This document shows positions 9,571 to 18,588 of a stretch of 64,000 bases of DNA, in pieces. Origin of the DNA: a virus; IMG/VR virus record IMGVR_UViG_3300026521_000527, positions 64,001 through 128,000 of that record; one strand, 5' to 3'. The translations under genes were made by a program, and so were the position numbers. Below the pieces are notes generated by a model, which worked only from the letters and a program-made list of their open reading frames with translations, was not told where the DNA came from and ran no database searches. How positions within the stretch are numbered: the stretch's first letter is position 1; each line of letters begins with the position of its first letter.

Positions 9571-10136
9571 AACTCAACTCCAGTTACTTTGACATGTTCA
9601 AGATCTTTTAATTTATTAGTAGCTATTCTTAGTAACCAGCCAGCAATATTTTCAGAAGTTGGTATAAAATCGACTAATACTATCCCTTCATATTTTTCTT
9701 TTACAGCTTTATCTTTTTCTTCATCGGACTGCAAATCAATACCTAATTTATTCAGATCTGGTATAAAATATTCATCTATTTTAAATACATTTTTTAACTC
9801 ATTATCCTCAAATAATCTTGGTAATTCATCTTGCAAAAGAGGATCATTTATGTCAAAAAGCATTTTGTGATCCAATACATCATCTATAAAATCTTTCATG
9901 AACCCAATCATTTTAAAGTCTAAAACCATTCCGGTATCTTTTATATTGTCACCTGGAATTGTCTCCTCGAGTAAAATCTTTGCTCTATAAGAATGCCCAT
10001 GAAGATGCCTACAAGCACAGCACGAATCTCCTCTATGAGTATATTTTGTATCAAGAGTTTGACTCCATACCCTATGTCCAGCTTCCCAGTGAAATTCTTT
10101 ATCGATGATTGTTTTTGTAGTTTGTATTCTTTGCAT
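9528..10136 (-). CDS. queD: 6-carboxy-5,6,7,8-tetrahydropterin synthase
   Basis: FHWEAGHRV, CRHLHGHSY, MVLDF, PTSENIA, LWETPKS. Confidence 0.93.
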   Translation of the reverse strand: MQRIQTTKTIIDKEFHWEAGHRVWSQTLDTKYTHRGDSCCACRHLHGHSYRAKILLEETIPGDNIKDTGMVLDFKMIGFMKDFIDDVLDHKMLFDINDPLLQDELPRLFEDNELKNVFKIDEYFIPDLNKLGIDLQSDEEKDKAVKEKYEGIVLVDFIPTSENIAGWLLRIATNKLKDLEHVKVTGVELWETPKSHVKVLAQ

Positions 10137-10189
10137 AATTTTCCTTTAGCTTTAACTATTTGCTTTAATATTTTTATATACTGTTTAAC

Positions 10190-10221
10190 TTGGACTAGAG
10201 TGATTAATCACTCTAGTCCAA
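10190..10221. repeat. Perfect 32-bp loopless palindrome upstream of queD
   Basis: ttggactagagtgatt|aatcactctagtccaa. Confidence 0.95.
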
Positions 10222-10338
10222 GGCTAGTTTAAAAATCTTTTATATTGATAAATTTAAAAACATTATGTTGGTTTCTGACTGACTCTTTCTTTTTTGATTT
10301 AATTTTAATTAATTTAAAAAATATTTTATTTATGAATT

Positions 10339-11214
10339 TCATGTGTCTCCTTGTGTACTATTGAATTCATTTCGAAGTCTACCCGAAATATCAACAATTC
10401 TCCTAATTAAAGTAGTTGAATTAAGTATGCCCTTAACTGTATTGACATTCTTTTCCCTAAGTATTTTTTGCAGTTGATGATTGAATCTAGAAATTCTCGT
10501 AAGTCTAGAAACACTTGTAAAAAATTCATGAATCGAAACCCACCAAAGAAATTTTTCATCTTCGGTAAAATTAGGATTCACATGTGAGTTTTCAATCAAA
10601 TATCTCGAATTCCTAAGCAAATTTAAAATTCGATTATACATAAAAGACGATATTACTTCAGTAATTGCATCAACTGTATTCTCCACATTTTCAATCGGCT
10701 CTGTAAATTCTTTAGAAAAAAACTGAGTGAATTCGGCACTAAAAATTGTAATTCTTGCATCTATTCGGTTTGTCAAAATTTGCTCTAATGGGTATAATTT
10801 ACTTGGCCTTTTAAAATTCGGGCTCAGTACTATTAAACCATCTTCTATAAAAGTAACCAACCACTTATGATCTAACCTTAGTAAATTTGACTGCAATTTA
10901 TTTACAGTCATTATTTTCTTGCCATCGAAAAGCTCTTTATGTTGGTATATATTTTCAAAAACAGAATCCAGAATGAATTTAACATCTGCTTCATTTGGAC
11001 CTCCGTATTTGATTTTACCACATCTCCAAGGAGTTAAAACATCAGATAGAACTATCTTAAGCAGTTTTCTAAAAATTTGCGTATTGTATTTAGACTGAGC
11101 AGCTGATCTAAAAGCTATTTTTATTTTGAATTCATTATCTGAATAAAGTGCCTCAATAATCATATCAATTAGCTTATCTATTTCTACGCCACTTTCAGTT
11201 GCTATTCTACTCAT
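10339..11214 (-). CDS. Hypothetical helical protein, paralog of 11207..12148
   Basis: Shares KIAF...SK....IFRKL.K and LFD.KKI.T....NLL..D.K segments with its neighbour. Confidence 0.7.
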   Translation of the reverse strand: MSRIATESGVEIDKLIDMIIEALYSDNEFKIKIAFRSAAQSKYNTQIFRKLLKIVLSDVLTPWRCGKIKYGGPNEADVKFILDSVFENIYQHKELFDGKKIMTVNKLQSNLLRLDHKWLVTFIEDGLIVLSPNFKRPSKLYPLEQILTNRIDARITIFSAEFTQFFSKEFTEPIENVENTVDAITEVISSFMYNRILNLLRNSRYLIENSHVNPNFTEDEKFLWWVSIHEFFTSVSRLTRISRFNHQLQKILREKNVNTVKGILNSTTLIRRIVDISGRLRNEFNSTQGDT

Positions 11215-12148
11215 TCATATCCTTTTCTTTAAAACTTTTAAAATTCAAATCTTCTTTTGTATATTTTAACATTGATTCAGCAACTAGAGAATTCAATTCT
11301 ATTAAATTTTCTGTTAATGTTTCCGGGCTGTCTTTTATTGGACTTCGATCAATTAAAAAAGTAGTTCTAAATAACCGTTGAATTTTTTTATACCCCAAAA
11401 AATTATTTAAAAACTTCTGTCGATGTAAAAATATATGAGTACCGGCCTGTTTTTTTTCTAGGATCATTATATCTTTTGATAGATATATATCTCTAAAAAG
11501 TGATATATTTTCATTAGTATTATTTATAAAATTTAAAATAATATCTTTTACTTCATTGAATGTGTAAATTGCGTCTCTCCCAGTTGGTCCACCGAAATTA
11601 ATAAACCCAAAATCATAAAATATTTGATTTAGATTTGCAGCCATACCGCCGGTTGATGTTGCCAAATCATCTGTCTTTTTTGATCCACCATAAATTGAAA
11701 ACTTTTGGCTAATTTCGAGCAATCCACTATCAAGCATTTCTCTAAGAAGTTTATTATCAATAATCAATAAATTATTTCCTGGAGAGTCGAAAGTTGTAAT
11801 TTTTTTACTATCGAATAAATGTTTTCTGGAAAGAACTTCTGCAGCAATAGTATTTACAACTAATTGCTCATTTTTAAATTTTTCAATAGGCGTCCAAGTA
11901 TTTGGTAAATTATCAACTTGCGCATTTGAATTTACTACAAACTTTTTAAGAGCTTCTCTAATTGTCGTTCTTTTTAAAGTCAAAAGTTTAAAAAGTTTTC
12001 TAAGGATTTTTGTAGCGTGTTTTGACGAGGTAATCTTTTTAAAAGCCATTTTAATTCCAAGAACTTCACCTCTTAATAGTGAAGTTGATACTAAAAGAAG
12101 AAGTTCATCTTCAGTTGGCTCCATTGTTGATTGGCTAATTGTACTCAT
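11207..12148 (-). CDS. Hypothetical helical protein, paralog of 10339..11214
   Basis: GIKMAFKKITSSKHATKILRKLFKLL and HLFDSKKITTFDSPGNNLLIIDNKLL align by eye with the neighbour. Confidence 0.7.
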   Translation of the reverse strand: MSTISQSTMEPTEDELLLLVSTSLLRGEVLGIKMAFKKITSSKHATKILRKLFKLLTLKRTTIREALKKFVVNSNAQVDNLPNTWTPIEKFKNEQLVVNTIAAEVLSRKHLFDSKKITTFDSPGNNLLIIDNKLLREMLDSGLLEISQKFSIYGGSKKTDDLATSTGGMAANLNQIFYDFGFINFGGPTGRDAIYTFNEVKDIILNFINNTNENISLFRDIYLSKDIMILEKKQAGTHIFLHRQKFLNNFLGYKKIQRLFRTTFLIDRSPIKDSPETLTENLIELNSLVAESMLKYTKEDLNFKSFKEKDMNE

Positions 12149-12166
12149 GTTTATCCTTTGATTAAT

Positions 12167-13390
12167 TTACTCTATAATTCCGTTTTTAATGCCAGATCCA
12201 TCATAATAAGATGAAATGATTTTTTTAACTTCATTATGAATTTCAAATGTTTCTGTTGCAACATCACTCTTTAAAATTTTTAGAAGACGTTTGATTAAAG
12301 TTAGATTATTAACCATTTCATTCGCTAGTCGACCTAGATTAAATACTGGACTATATCTTTTAAAGTCATCAGATGTCCAATTCATTAATTCTTCCAATTC
12401 GATATTGTCTACAAGTTCATCTGCGAAATGCATAACACTTTTTATATTCAATGAAATTATTTCGACAAATGTTTGATTTGAAACATTTCCTTGAATTAAC
12501 TCATTCTTGAATTCATTAATTTCGTCTTCTGTTAAACTATCAAACTCACTATGATGTTCAATCATTTTTGTCATTTCATTTAAATCATTTATCACATCAA
12601 ATGACATATCTGTTTTCAATACCATTGGTGTTTTATATTTTATCGGACTAAATCGAATAACCTCTGAACTATCCATAGTAATTTCTATATCAAAAAGTTT
12701 TTCGAGTATTCTTCCAGTAATTAAAGCAACTCTTGAACTCTGACCAAGCATATGTATATGTTTCGGTTTTATTCCTTTTTTCTGCAAATATGTCATTAAC
12801 CAGATTGTCATTGGCACGAAATGATTAAAATGAACTCTAGTTTCAGACTTTAATCCAACCAGGCCGCCGAATGAATACCTATCAAAATATTTATAACATT
12901 CGGTTGAATCCATTAATTGAAGCCAATCGTCGAGTAATTCTGGTGTCCTACTCTGAACGACAAAAATCTGTTTATCTCTAAGTTCAGAATATTTTTTATG
13001 CAATAAAATACTTTCAGTTATACTGTACTCATTGTACTTTAAAATTTTTGATTTATTAAACTTAGGATTATTTATATCCAGAGTAAAAATATAATCAATA
13101 TTGCCCCTAAATTTTTCAAGAATAAAATGATAAACATCAGTGTATTCTCTTAATCTTCTTTCTGTTATATGACCAGTAATTATCTGATATCCACCACTAT
13201 CCAAATATAATTTCATATTCGGTAATCGTTTGACTTCAATTTTATTCATCTGGCGGGCAATATCTTGTAAACTCCAACCACGAGCTGTGGTTGGTTCGGC
13301 TATCGAAACTAGATAATCATCAAAATGATGAACAACTGGTTTTATAGTTGATTCGGAAGGTGCGACACCAAGAACTGCAACATATTTCAT
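12167..13390 (-). CDS. dpdA: TGT-family transglycosylase, probable DpdA (7-deazaguanine insertion into DNA)
   Basis: LYLDSGGYQ, FTLDI, VVQS, SFGGLVG, HMLG, TMDSS follow the TGT barrel motif order. No C-terminal CxCxxC Zn site. Co-occurs with que genes. Confidence 0.75.
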   Translation of the reverse strand: MKYVAVLGVAPSESTIKPVVHHFDDYLVSIAEPTTARGWSLQDIARQMNKIEVKRLPNMKLYLDSGGYQIITGHITERRLREYTDVYHFILEKFRGNIDYIFTLDINNPKFNKSKILKYNEYSITESILLHKKYSELRDKQIFVVQSRTPELLDDWLQLMDSTECYKYFDRYSFGGLVGLKSETRVHFNHFVPMTIWLMTYLQKKGIKPKHIHMLGQSSRVALITGRILEKLFDIEITMDSSEVIRFSPIKYKTPMVLKTDMSFDVINDLNEMTKMIEHHSEFDSLTEDEINEFKNELIQGNVSNQTFVEIISLNIKSVMHFADELVDNIELEELMNWTSDDFKRYSPVFNLGRLANEMVNNLTLIKRLLKILKSDVATETFEIHNEVKKIISSYYDGSGIKNGIIE

Positions 13391-13816
13391 TTAGATCCTT
13401 TCATTATCCCAAACTAAAGTTTTAATTTGAAATCTTTTTAAAATATTATTAAAAATATTATAGAACTCTCTATCAACACTTATCTCTATTATTTCCTCAT
13501 CAGAACCTCCGGATAAAATTTTTAAAGTTACTTTGTGTTCAAAAACAACCTTTACCGCAATTGATTTAATTATATCAATCGCTTGTTTTATTTCATCATC
13601 ATTTATAAGTACAGAAATATCTGTTTTTTCCCACGGCCATTTTTCTTCATTAATAAAAATCAAACCACCTTTTGAATATCCAAGAAATCCTTTTAATTCC
13701 TGAGTTGAATGTCTCTGTAGATTAAAATTTTTATCAACTATAAGAATATCATTAATTATAAAAGGAACTAGATTATTTTTTATAGTTCCTTGATCGCACT
13801 CTTTAAATTCTTGCAA
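13391..13816 (-). CDS. Hypothetical protein
   Basis: 141-aa ORF abutting dpdA. Confidence 0.65.
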   Translation of the reverse strand: MQEFKECDQGTIKNNLVPFIINDILIVDKNFNLQRHSTQELKGFLGYSKGGLIFINEEKWPWEKTDISVLINDDEIKQAIDIIKSIAVKVVFEHKVTLKILSGGSDEEIIEISVDREFYNIFNNILKRFQIKTLVWDNERI

Positions 13817-13830
13817 ATATATTCTCCTTT

Positions 13831-15378
13831 TTATTTTACTAATAAACCTTCTTCAAGAGATATCTGAATACCTTGAACACCTTTTAATGGAATACCACCT
13901 TGTGTCATAATCCAAAAACTAAATACATTTTTAAAGATTTCAGCATTATACACCTGTTCGATATCACTATAGTTATCACTGAATGATAAATATGTAAATT
14001 TTAATTTAGGATGTTTTTCTTTAATATCGAGAATTGCATCAAAAACTTCTTTATGACTTGTACCTCCACAAGCAATCCTTTTTTGAATAAATTCAGAGAT
14101 ACTTAATTTATCATTCTTTTGGAATCTTTTAATTTCAGCAATTTTATGATCATGAATAATTATATCAACGAACACTGTTTTTTCAACAAGTTCATTAATT
14201 ACGAAATTTATTTTTTTAAGATCAGAATCAGACATTGAGCCACTTTGATCTATCGATATTATCGCAGCAAGATTATCCTCATAATAAATTCTACCAGGCA
14301 TTGGTGAAATATGTCTAAATTTAGATTTTAATTTCCCCCAGGTTTGATCACTCTTATTCGTATGGTGTCTTACTAAAGCCTGCAAGCTTCCTTTTAATAA
14401 ATGAAACCAGTCAACTGGAACTTCGTAATCAACACCAAGATCTCTAAGGGTTCCAGATGAACTGGAACCAGGTTCTCTTGTTTTATCTAAAAGATCTTTA
14501 TATGCCCTCTCAAGCATCTCTTTAGCCTCGTTATCAATGTTCTCACCGTTTGATCCATTTAAATCATCTTCATTTTCACCAAAATTCGGTTTTCCTTCAA
14601 GTTCAAGAAGGGTTGAAGTATTCCCCATAACTGTAATTTTCGTCATCGTACCTAAACCGTCTATTTTGGTACACTCGATTTCAGCATCTTTTAAAATACT
14701 TTCAAGAATTTCGACTTGTGATAATTTATTTGGAGATAAATTTTTATCGTAGAGTCCATTGAAGTTTTCATTATATAATGAAAACATATGACCTTGTCGC
14801 GCTTGTTCAATTAAGTAACCATTAATATAATAATCAAAAGCGTAATTAAGAATTTGATGCATGGCTTTTTCCGGAATATCAGGACGCACTCTTTTTATGA
14901 CTTTTTTATATTTAATATTTAAATAAAAATCATAATGTCTGTTCATAATATGTAGAGTTTCATGTAAATATATAAAAGCAACTTGCGCAGTAACTTTTTG
15001 ACTATATAGCGCAATTTTAAAAAAATCATCCCAGGATTCATCTTCTTTTTTAGATAATGTTATGTTTACAACTAACTCATTTGATTTATTTTTATCAGTT
15101 TCTGCTTTGATAAATCCACCAATCCTAAAATCATCATAATCAAAATTTTTATTTTGAGAAATATGTTTTGGGTTTTTTTCAAATGCTTCCTGCATCTGAG
15201 CAAGTTCTGCGTTTGAAGTCTCGTGAAATTCAAATTTCACTGGCATCAACATCAATAACTCAAGCAAATCTGGATTGCTTGAGTATGCTGATTTCATAAT
15301 AGGGACTGATTTTACCATCAGTCTACTAGTCATTGCGCTATATTTTTTAATTAATTTATATTGGTCTTCCGATATCAT
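13831..15378 (-). CDS. HEXXH metallopeptidase-like + VWA domain protein
   Basis: LHETLH...D.YIN; C-terminal IDQSGSMS MIDAS, GGTS, SD. Confidence 0.8.
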   Translation of the reverse strand: MISEDQYKLIKKYSAMTSRLMVKSVPIMKSAYSSNPDLLELLMLMPVKFEFHETSNAELAQMQEAFEKNPKHISQNKNFDYDDFRIGGFIKAETDKNKSNELVVNITLSKKEDESWDDFFKIALYSQKVTAQVAFIYLHETLHIMNRHYDFYLNIKYKKVIKRVRPDIPEKAMHQILNYAFDYYINGYLIEQARQGHMFSLYNENFNGLYDKNLSPNKLSQVEILESILKDAEIECTKIDGLGTMTKITVMGNTSTLLELEGKPNFGENEDDLNGSNGENIDNEAKEMLERAYKDLLDKTREPGSSSSGTLRDLGVDYEVPVDWFHLLKGSLQALVRHHTNKSDQTWGKLKSKFRHISPMPGRIYYEDNLAAIISIDQSGSMSDSDLKKINFVINELVEKTVFVDIIIHDHKIAEIKRFQKNDKLSISEFIQKRIACGGTSHKEVFDAILDIKEKHPKLKFTYLSFSDNYSDIEQVYNAEIFKNVFSFWIMTQGGIPLKGVQGIQISLEEGLLVK

Positions 15379-15388
15379 TTTAAATCCT

Positions 15389-16576
15389 TTACATTAAATC
15401 AGTCATTGATGAGCAAATTAAATCAATAAGTTCATTGTCATCAGAATCCATTAATAAGGATGCGAGTTCCTCAACAGGTTCTTTTATTGGATGATCTTGA
15501 TTTTTATTAACCATTGTGTTTAAAATATTGTATTCATTAAGAAGAGTAGATACAAATGTTCTTTTATCTTTATTTGCATTGATTAAATCCAAAATAAATT
15601 TTGCATCTTTTTTAGTATTCATATACCTAATTACAAATCCTGTTAAAATTTGCTCTGTTAAATCATCACTAACTTCAAATACTTCACCTTTTTTTATCTT
15701 AGCGCTAAAATTATATTTTTGAAATAGCTTTGAGTGTTTTATAAACTCTCTTGTTGCTTCATCACCCACTCTAGATGCACTTGCAATCCTAGTCATTCTT
15801 AAGAACTCATCTTCATCTCTTGCATTTTCTTCAAGAACTTCCAAGAATGTACTTAACTCAGTCCACGATCTTGGAGATGGCGAAACGGTATCCATCTCAT
15901 TTGCACCTAATAATAAATTCATATTTGAATTATCTTTGGTAAATGATGCTATAAGTGGATGCAAAGTTGCTCCAATTTTATCATACCAATAATCTCTATC
16001 AAATTTAGCTGAATAAATACTCATTCTATCAAGGACTGCTTCATTAAATCCTTCAAAGCCAGCACTTGAACTTATATTCATAGCCGCAACCAAATAAGCC
16101 TTTTCGGGTAATCTAAAATTCTGAAGTGTTTTATTCTGGAAAAATTCAAATAAATACTTTTGAGTATACGGTTCAACTAGATGTAAATCATCTAAAAGAA
16201 TTATCAAACCATCTTTTCCATTTGCAAGAGCATGTTCAGTTTTAAGCATTATAATTCTTACAATATCAGACATTGTCCATTCAGTAACTTTGACTTCATC
16301 TAATTCAATTAATGAAATATCTTTATTGATTTTAATTTTATTAAAATCAGGAAGACCTGAGAACCATTCCATTGGTAGCGCACCAAGTGACATAATTAAA
16401 CAATCTGTATTCATTTCTTCAGCTAGAGCTTTTATTGAAGCACTTTTACCAATTCCTGGATCACCTGCAATTGCTGGTACTAGATTGCTTTTTTTACTAG
16501 CTTGCGCAATAATCTCAAAACGCATAAGCTCCATAACTTCTCTTAAAAAATAATTTTGCCCTTTAAATTGTGCCAT
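15389..16576 (-). CDS. MoxR-like AAA+ ATPase, partner of the VWA protein
   Basis: GDPGIGKS Walker A, LLDDL Walker B, AAMN, AVLDRM, PSPRSW. Confidence 0.82.
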   Translation of the reverse strand: MAQFKGQNYFLREVMELMRFEIIAQASKKSNLVPAIAGDPGIGKSASIKALAEEMNTDCLIMSLGALPMEWFSGLPDFNKIKINKDISLIELDEVKVTEWTMSDIVRIIMLKTEHALANGKDGLIILLDDLHLVEPYTQKYLFEFFQNKTLQNFRLPEKAYLVAAMNISSSAGFEGFNEAVLDRMSIYSAKFDRDYWYDKIGATLHPLIASFTKDNSNMNLLLGANEMDTVSPSPRSWTELSTFLEVLEENARDEDEFLRMTRIASASRVGDEATREFIKHSKLFQKYNFSAKIKKGEVFEVSDDLTEQILTGFVIRYMNTKKDAKFILDLINANKDKRTFVSTLLNEYNILNTMVNKNQDHPIKEPVEELASLLMDSDDNELIDLICSSMTDLM

Positions 16577-16639
16577 TATATATTCCTTTTATTTTTTTGA
16601 TTTTAATTTTATTATAATAAGTTTATGGGTTGTAGTCTT

Positions 16640-16729
16640 TTCAAAGAGTTCGGAAATGATTAAAATCATTTCCCTTTATCTAGTCAATTAAAAATTGACT
16701 AGAGTTATGTTCCAACATAACTCTTTGAA
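16640..16729. other. Nested multi-hairpin element immediately downstream of the 16730 stop codon
   Basis: Hairpins 16652-16673, 16680-16702 and 16701-16724; outer arm ttcaaagagtt (16640-16650) complementary to aactctttgaa (16719-16729). Confidence 0.8.
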
Positions 16730-16972
16730 TTAATTTTTATGTAGATCTTTTACAAAGACACCTTTATTCGATTTCCACCAGACTATTAGTCCAAAAATCA
16801 TCCCGATTGAAACCGTAATAATTCCAAAATAATCCTCTTGTTTTAATGCCAAAACTAACCACATACAATCAGCTATAAAGTATAAAAAAACTGATTTTAG
16901 TAAATCGCCTTTATTTAAAAAATAAGCACCTAGTATTAAAAATATTCCACCTATAGTAGCTGGCTCAATCAT
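16730..16972 (-). CDS. Small multi-pass membrane protein (weakly PnuC-half-like)
   Basis: Three hydrophobic stretches in 80 aa. Confidence 0.55.
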   Translation of the reverse strand: MIEPATIGGIFLILGAYFLNKGDLLKSVFLYFIADCMWLVLALKQEDYFGIITVSIGMIFGLIVWWKSNKGVFVKDLHKN

Positions 16973-17436
16973 AGTGTTTTTTCCAACTCTAAAGTGTTTA
17001 ATGACCCTATAATGAAATCTAATTTTTCATCAATTGTTTTTTGACGCTGTTCTATTTTATCAATTTTAATATTTATTGATTCGATATCAGTTCTTGTCCT
17101 TGATAGATTGCCCATCTGTTCAGTAGCTATGCCTCGTAGATGTGCAATAGACCTATGCAAACTATCTAATGAATTATCAATTCTGGCTGGATTTAATTCG
17201 GATGTTCGTTGATAATAATCGGCTCTAGCTTGAGCTGATGACATTTCTTCACATAATCCACCCCACATATTCATATACCTTCTTGAATTATATTGATTAT
17301 TTATCATTTCATTGATATTGTCAAGAGTCACACTTGTAGTTTCTTCAGATTGATTATCTTCAGTTACTTGTGTTTCTTCAGATTGATTATAACCCAAATC
17401 ATCAAGTGTTATTGTATTGGCTGATAAACCTCTCAT
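16969..17436 (-). CDS. Hypothetical coiled-coil protein
   Basis: Start moved to MRGLS, which follows AGGAG; the track's longer start reads through the hairpin element. Confidence 0.65.
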   Translation of the reverse strand: MRGLSANTITLDDLGYNQSEETQVTEDNQSEETTSVTLDNINEMINNQYNSRRYMNMWGGLCEEMSSAQARADYYQRTSELNPARIDNSLDSLHRSIAHLRGIATEQMGNLSRTRTDIESINIKIDKIEQRQKTIDEKLDFIIGSLNTLELEKTL

Positions 17437-17470
17437 ATTTTCTCCTATAAAAATTAAGCACAGAAGGTGC

Positions 17471-17557
17471 AGGCTATGTTGGTTCAAGATATGTTGGTTT
17501 ATAAACCAACATATCTTCCGAAGGAATAAAATTCCTTGTTATAAACCAACATAGCCT
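17471..17557. other. Nested inverted repeats containing a perfect 32-bp palindrome, flanked by GCACAGAAGG
   Basis: Outer arms 17471-17484/17544-17557; aagatatgttggttta|taaaccaacatatctt at 17486-17517; small hairpin 17521-17537. Confidence 0.9.
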
Positions 17558-18127
17558 CTAAATTTTATTATTATTTTCTGCTTTAAATTTCGCTTTCTGT
17601 GTTTCATCAGCCAATGTTTTTAATTGACCGGCCAATCCTATCGCATGCCATTTTTCAAGAGCTAAAGTAATTTTAGCATTACCTTTATATGATAAAAATA
17701 TTTTAATTTTATTATTATTACCCATTGCTGCGCCGACGGAAACCTGTTTAGTTTGACCTTGGCCTGCTGCAGTTCCTGCAAATTTTGAACTATCAGTAAA
17801 TACCATAAAATCACATTTTTGATAAACAGCAGCTTGTATTAGTGCCTCACTAAGCGCATATAAATCACGGATACTTATTTTTTGAGTTTCTTTTCTTGAT
17901 TGATCATAAGTCCTTCCAGATGCTTTTGATTGATCAGGAACTCCAGGTACAAACATTAAAAAAGCATTCGCTGTAGGAAATTCTTTTGCTTTATCAATAA
18001 AACCAGTTGCTTCAAATAATTGAGTTGCTGGAAAATTAACTCTACCAACGACTTCAATTGAAGAAGCTTGTGGTGCTTGTGGTGCTTGTGGTGCTTGTGG
18101 TGCTTGTGGTGCTTGTGGTGTATTCAT
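17558..18127 (-). CDS. Putative Whirly-fold ssDNA-binding protein with (PQA)6 N-terminus
   Basis: NAFLMFVPG...GRTYDQSRKETQKISIRDLYAL resembles the Whirly LQFAP...RxYDWxxKQxFxLS motif; a second strand-strand-helix unit follows. Confidence 0.45.
   Translation of the reverse strand: MNTPQAPQAPQAPQAPQAPQASSIEVVGRVNFPATQLFEATGFIDKAKEFPTANAFLMFVPGVPDQSKASGRTYDQSRKETQKISIRDLYALSEALIQAAVYQKCDFMVFTDSSKFAGTAAGQGQTKQVSVGAAMGNNNKIKIFLSYKGNAKITLALEKWHAIGLAGQLKTLADETQKAKFKAENNNKI
18066..18119. repeat. Tandem 9-bp repeat (gcttgtggt) x6, in-frame
   Basis: Six identical units encoding PQA. Confidence 0.95.
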
Positions 18128-18139
18128 ATTAATCTCCTG

Positions 18140-18571
18140 TTAAAATAAATCATCAGCTGACACATCATCATCAACTGATAGTCCAAAATCATCTTGTGAT
18201 TCATCTTCAAACATTTCGCCAAGAACTGAGTGCCCAGTCACTTTACTCATATAAATTCTTGGCTTATCATCCTTAAATTTATCTATATATTTTTCTAAAT
18301 CCTCAAGGAACATTTCTTTTGATTCTTGTATTAATTTATCTCCTTCTATTGTATTTGGGATTGGTAGTGTTACATATTTATAATCTAATTTATCCGCCAT
18401 TTTATTGAGTAGACCAAGACTTGGTCTACTCTTTCGACCAAGCATAAAAAATCTATAACCCGAATAATTAGAAGGTAACCCAATATCTTTTAAGAATTTG
18501 GCACCGACTGGAATCTTTTCGAAAATTTTCTTTAATGAATGAAGAAAATGATCATCTATTATAATACTCAT
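18140..18571 (-). CDS. Putative HTH (XRE-like) protein with acidic tail
   Basis: FLKDIGL...YRFFMLGRKSRPSLGLLNKMADKL resembles the XRE PS..L.K.A..L pattern. Confidence 0.4.
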   Translation of the reverse strand: MSIIIDDHFLHSLKKIFEKIPVGAKFLKDIGLPSNYSGYRFFMLGRKSRPSLGLLNKMADKLDYKYVTLPIPNTIEGDKLIQESKEMFLEDLEKYIDKFKDDKPRIYMSKVTGHSVLGEMFEDESQDDFGLSVDDDVSADDLF

Positions 18572-18588
18572 GTTTAACCTTTTAAAAT

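Noticed and set aside
10137-10338. preQ1 riboswitch upstream of queD or the other que genes
   Set aside because: No class I preQ1 stem plus A-rich tail pattern found; only the perfect palindrome is present.
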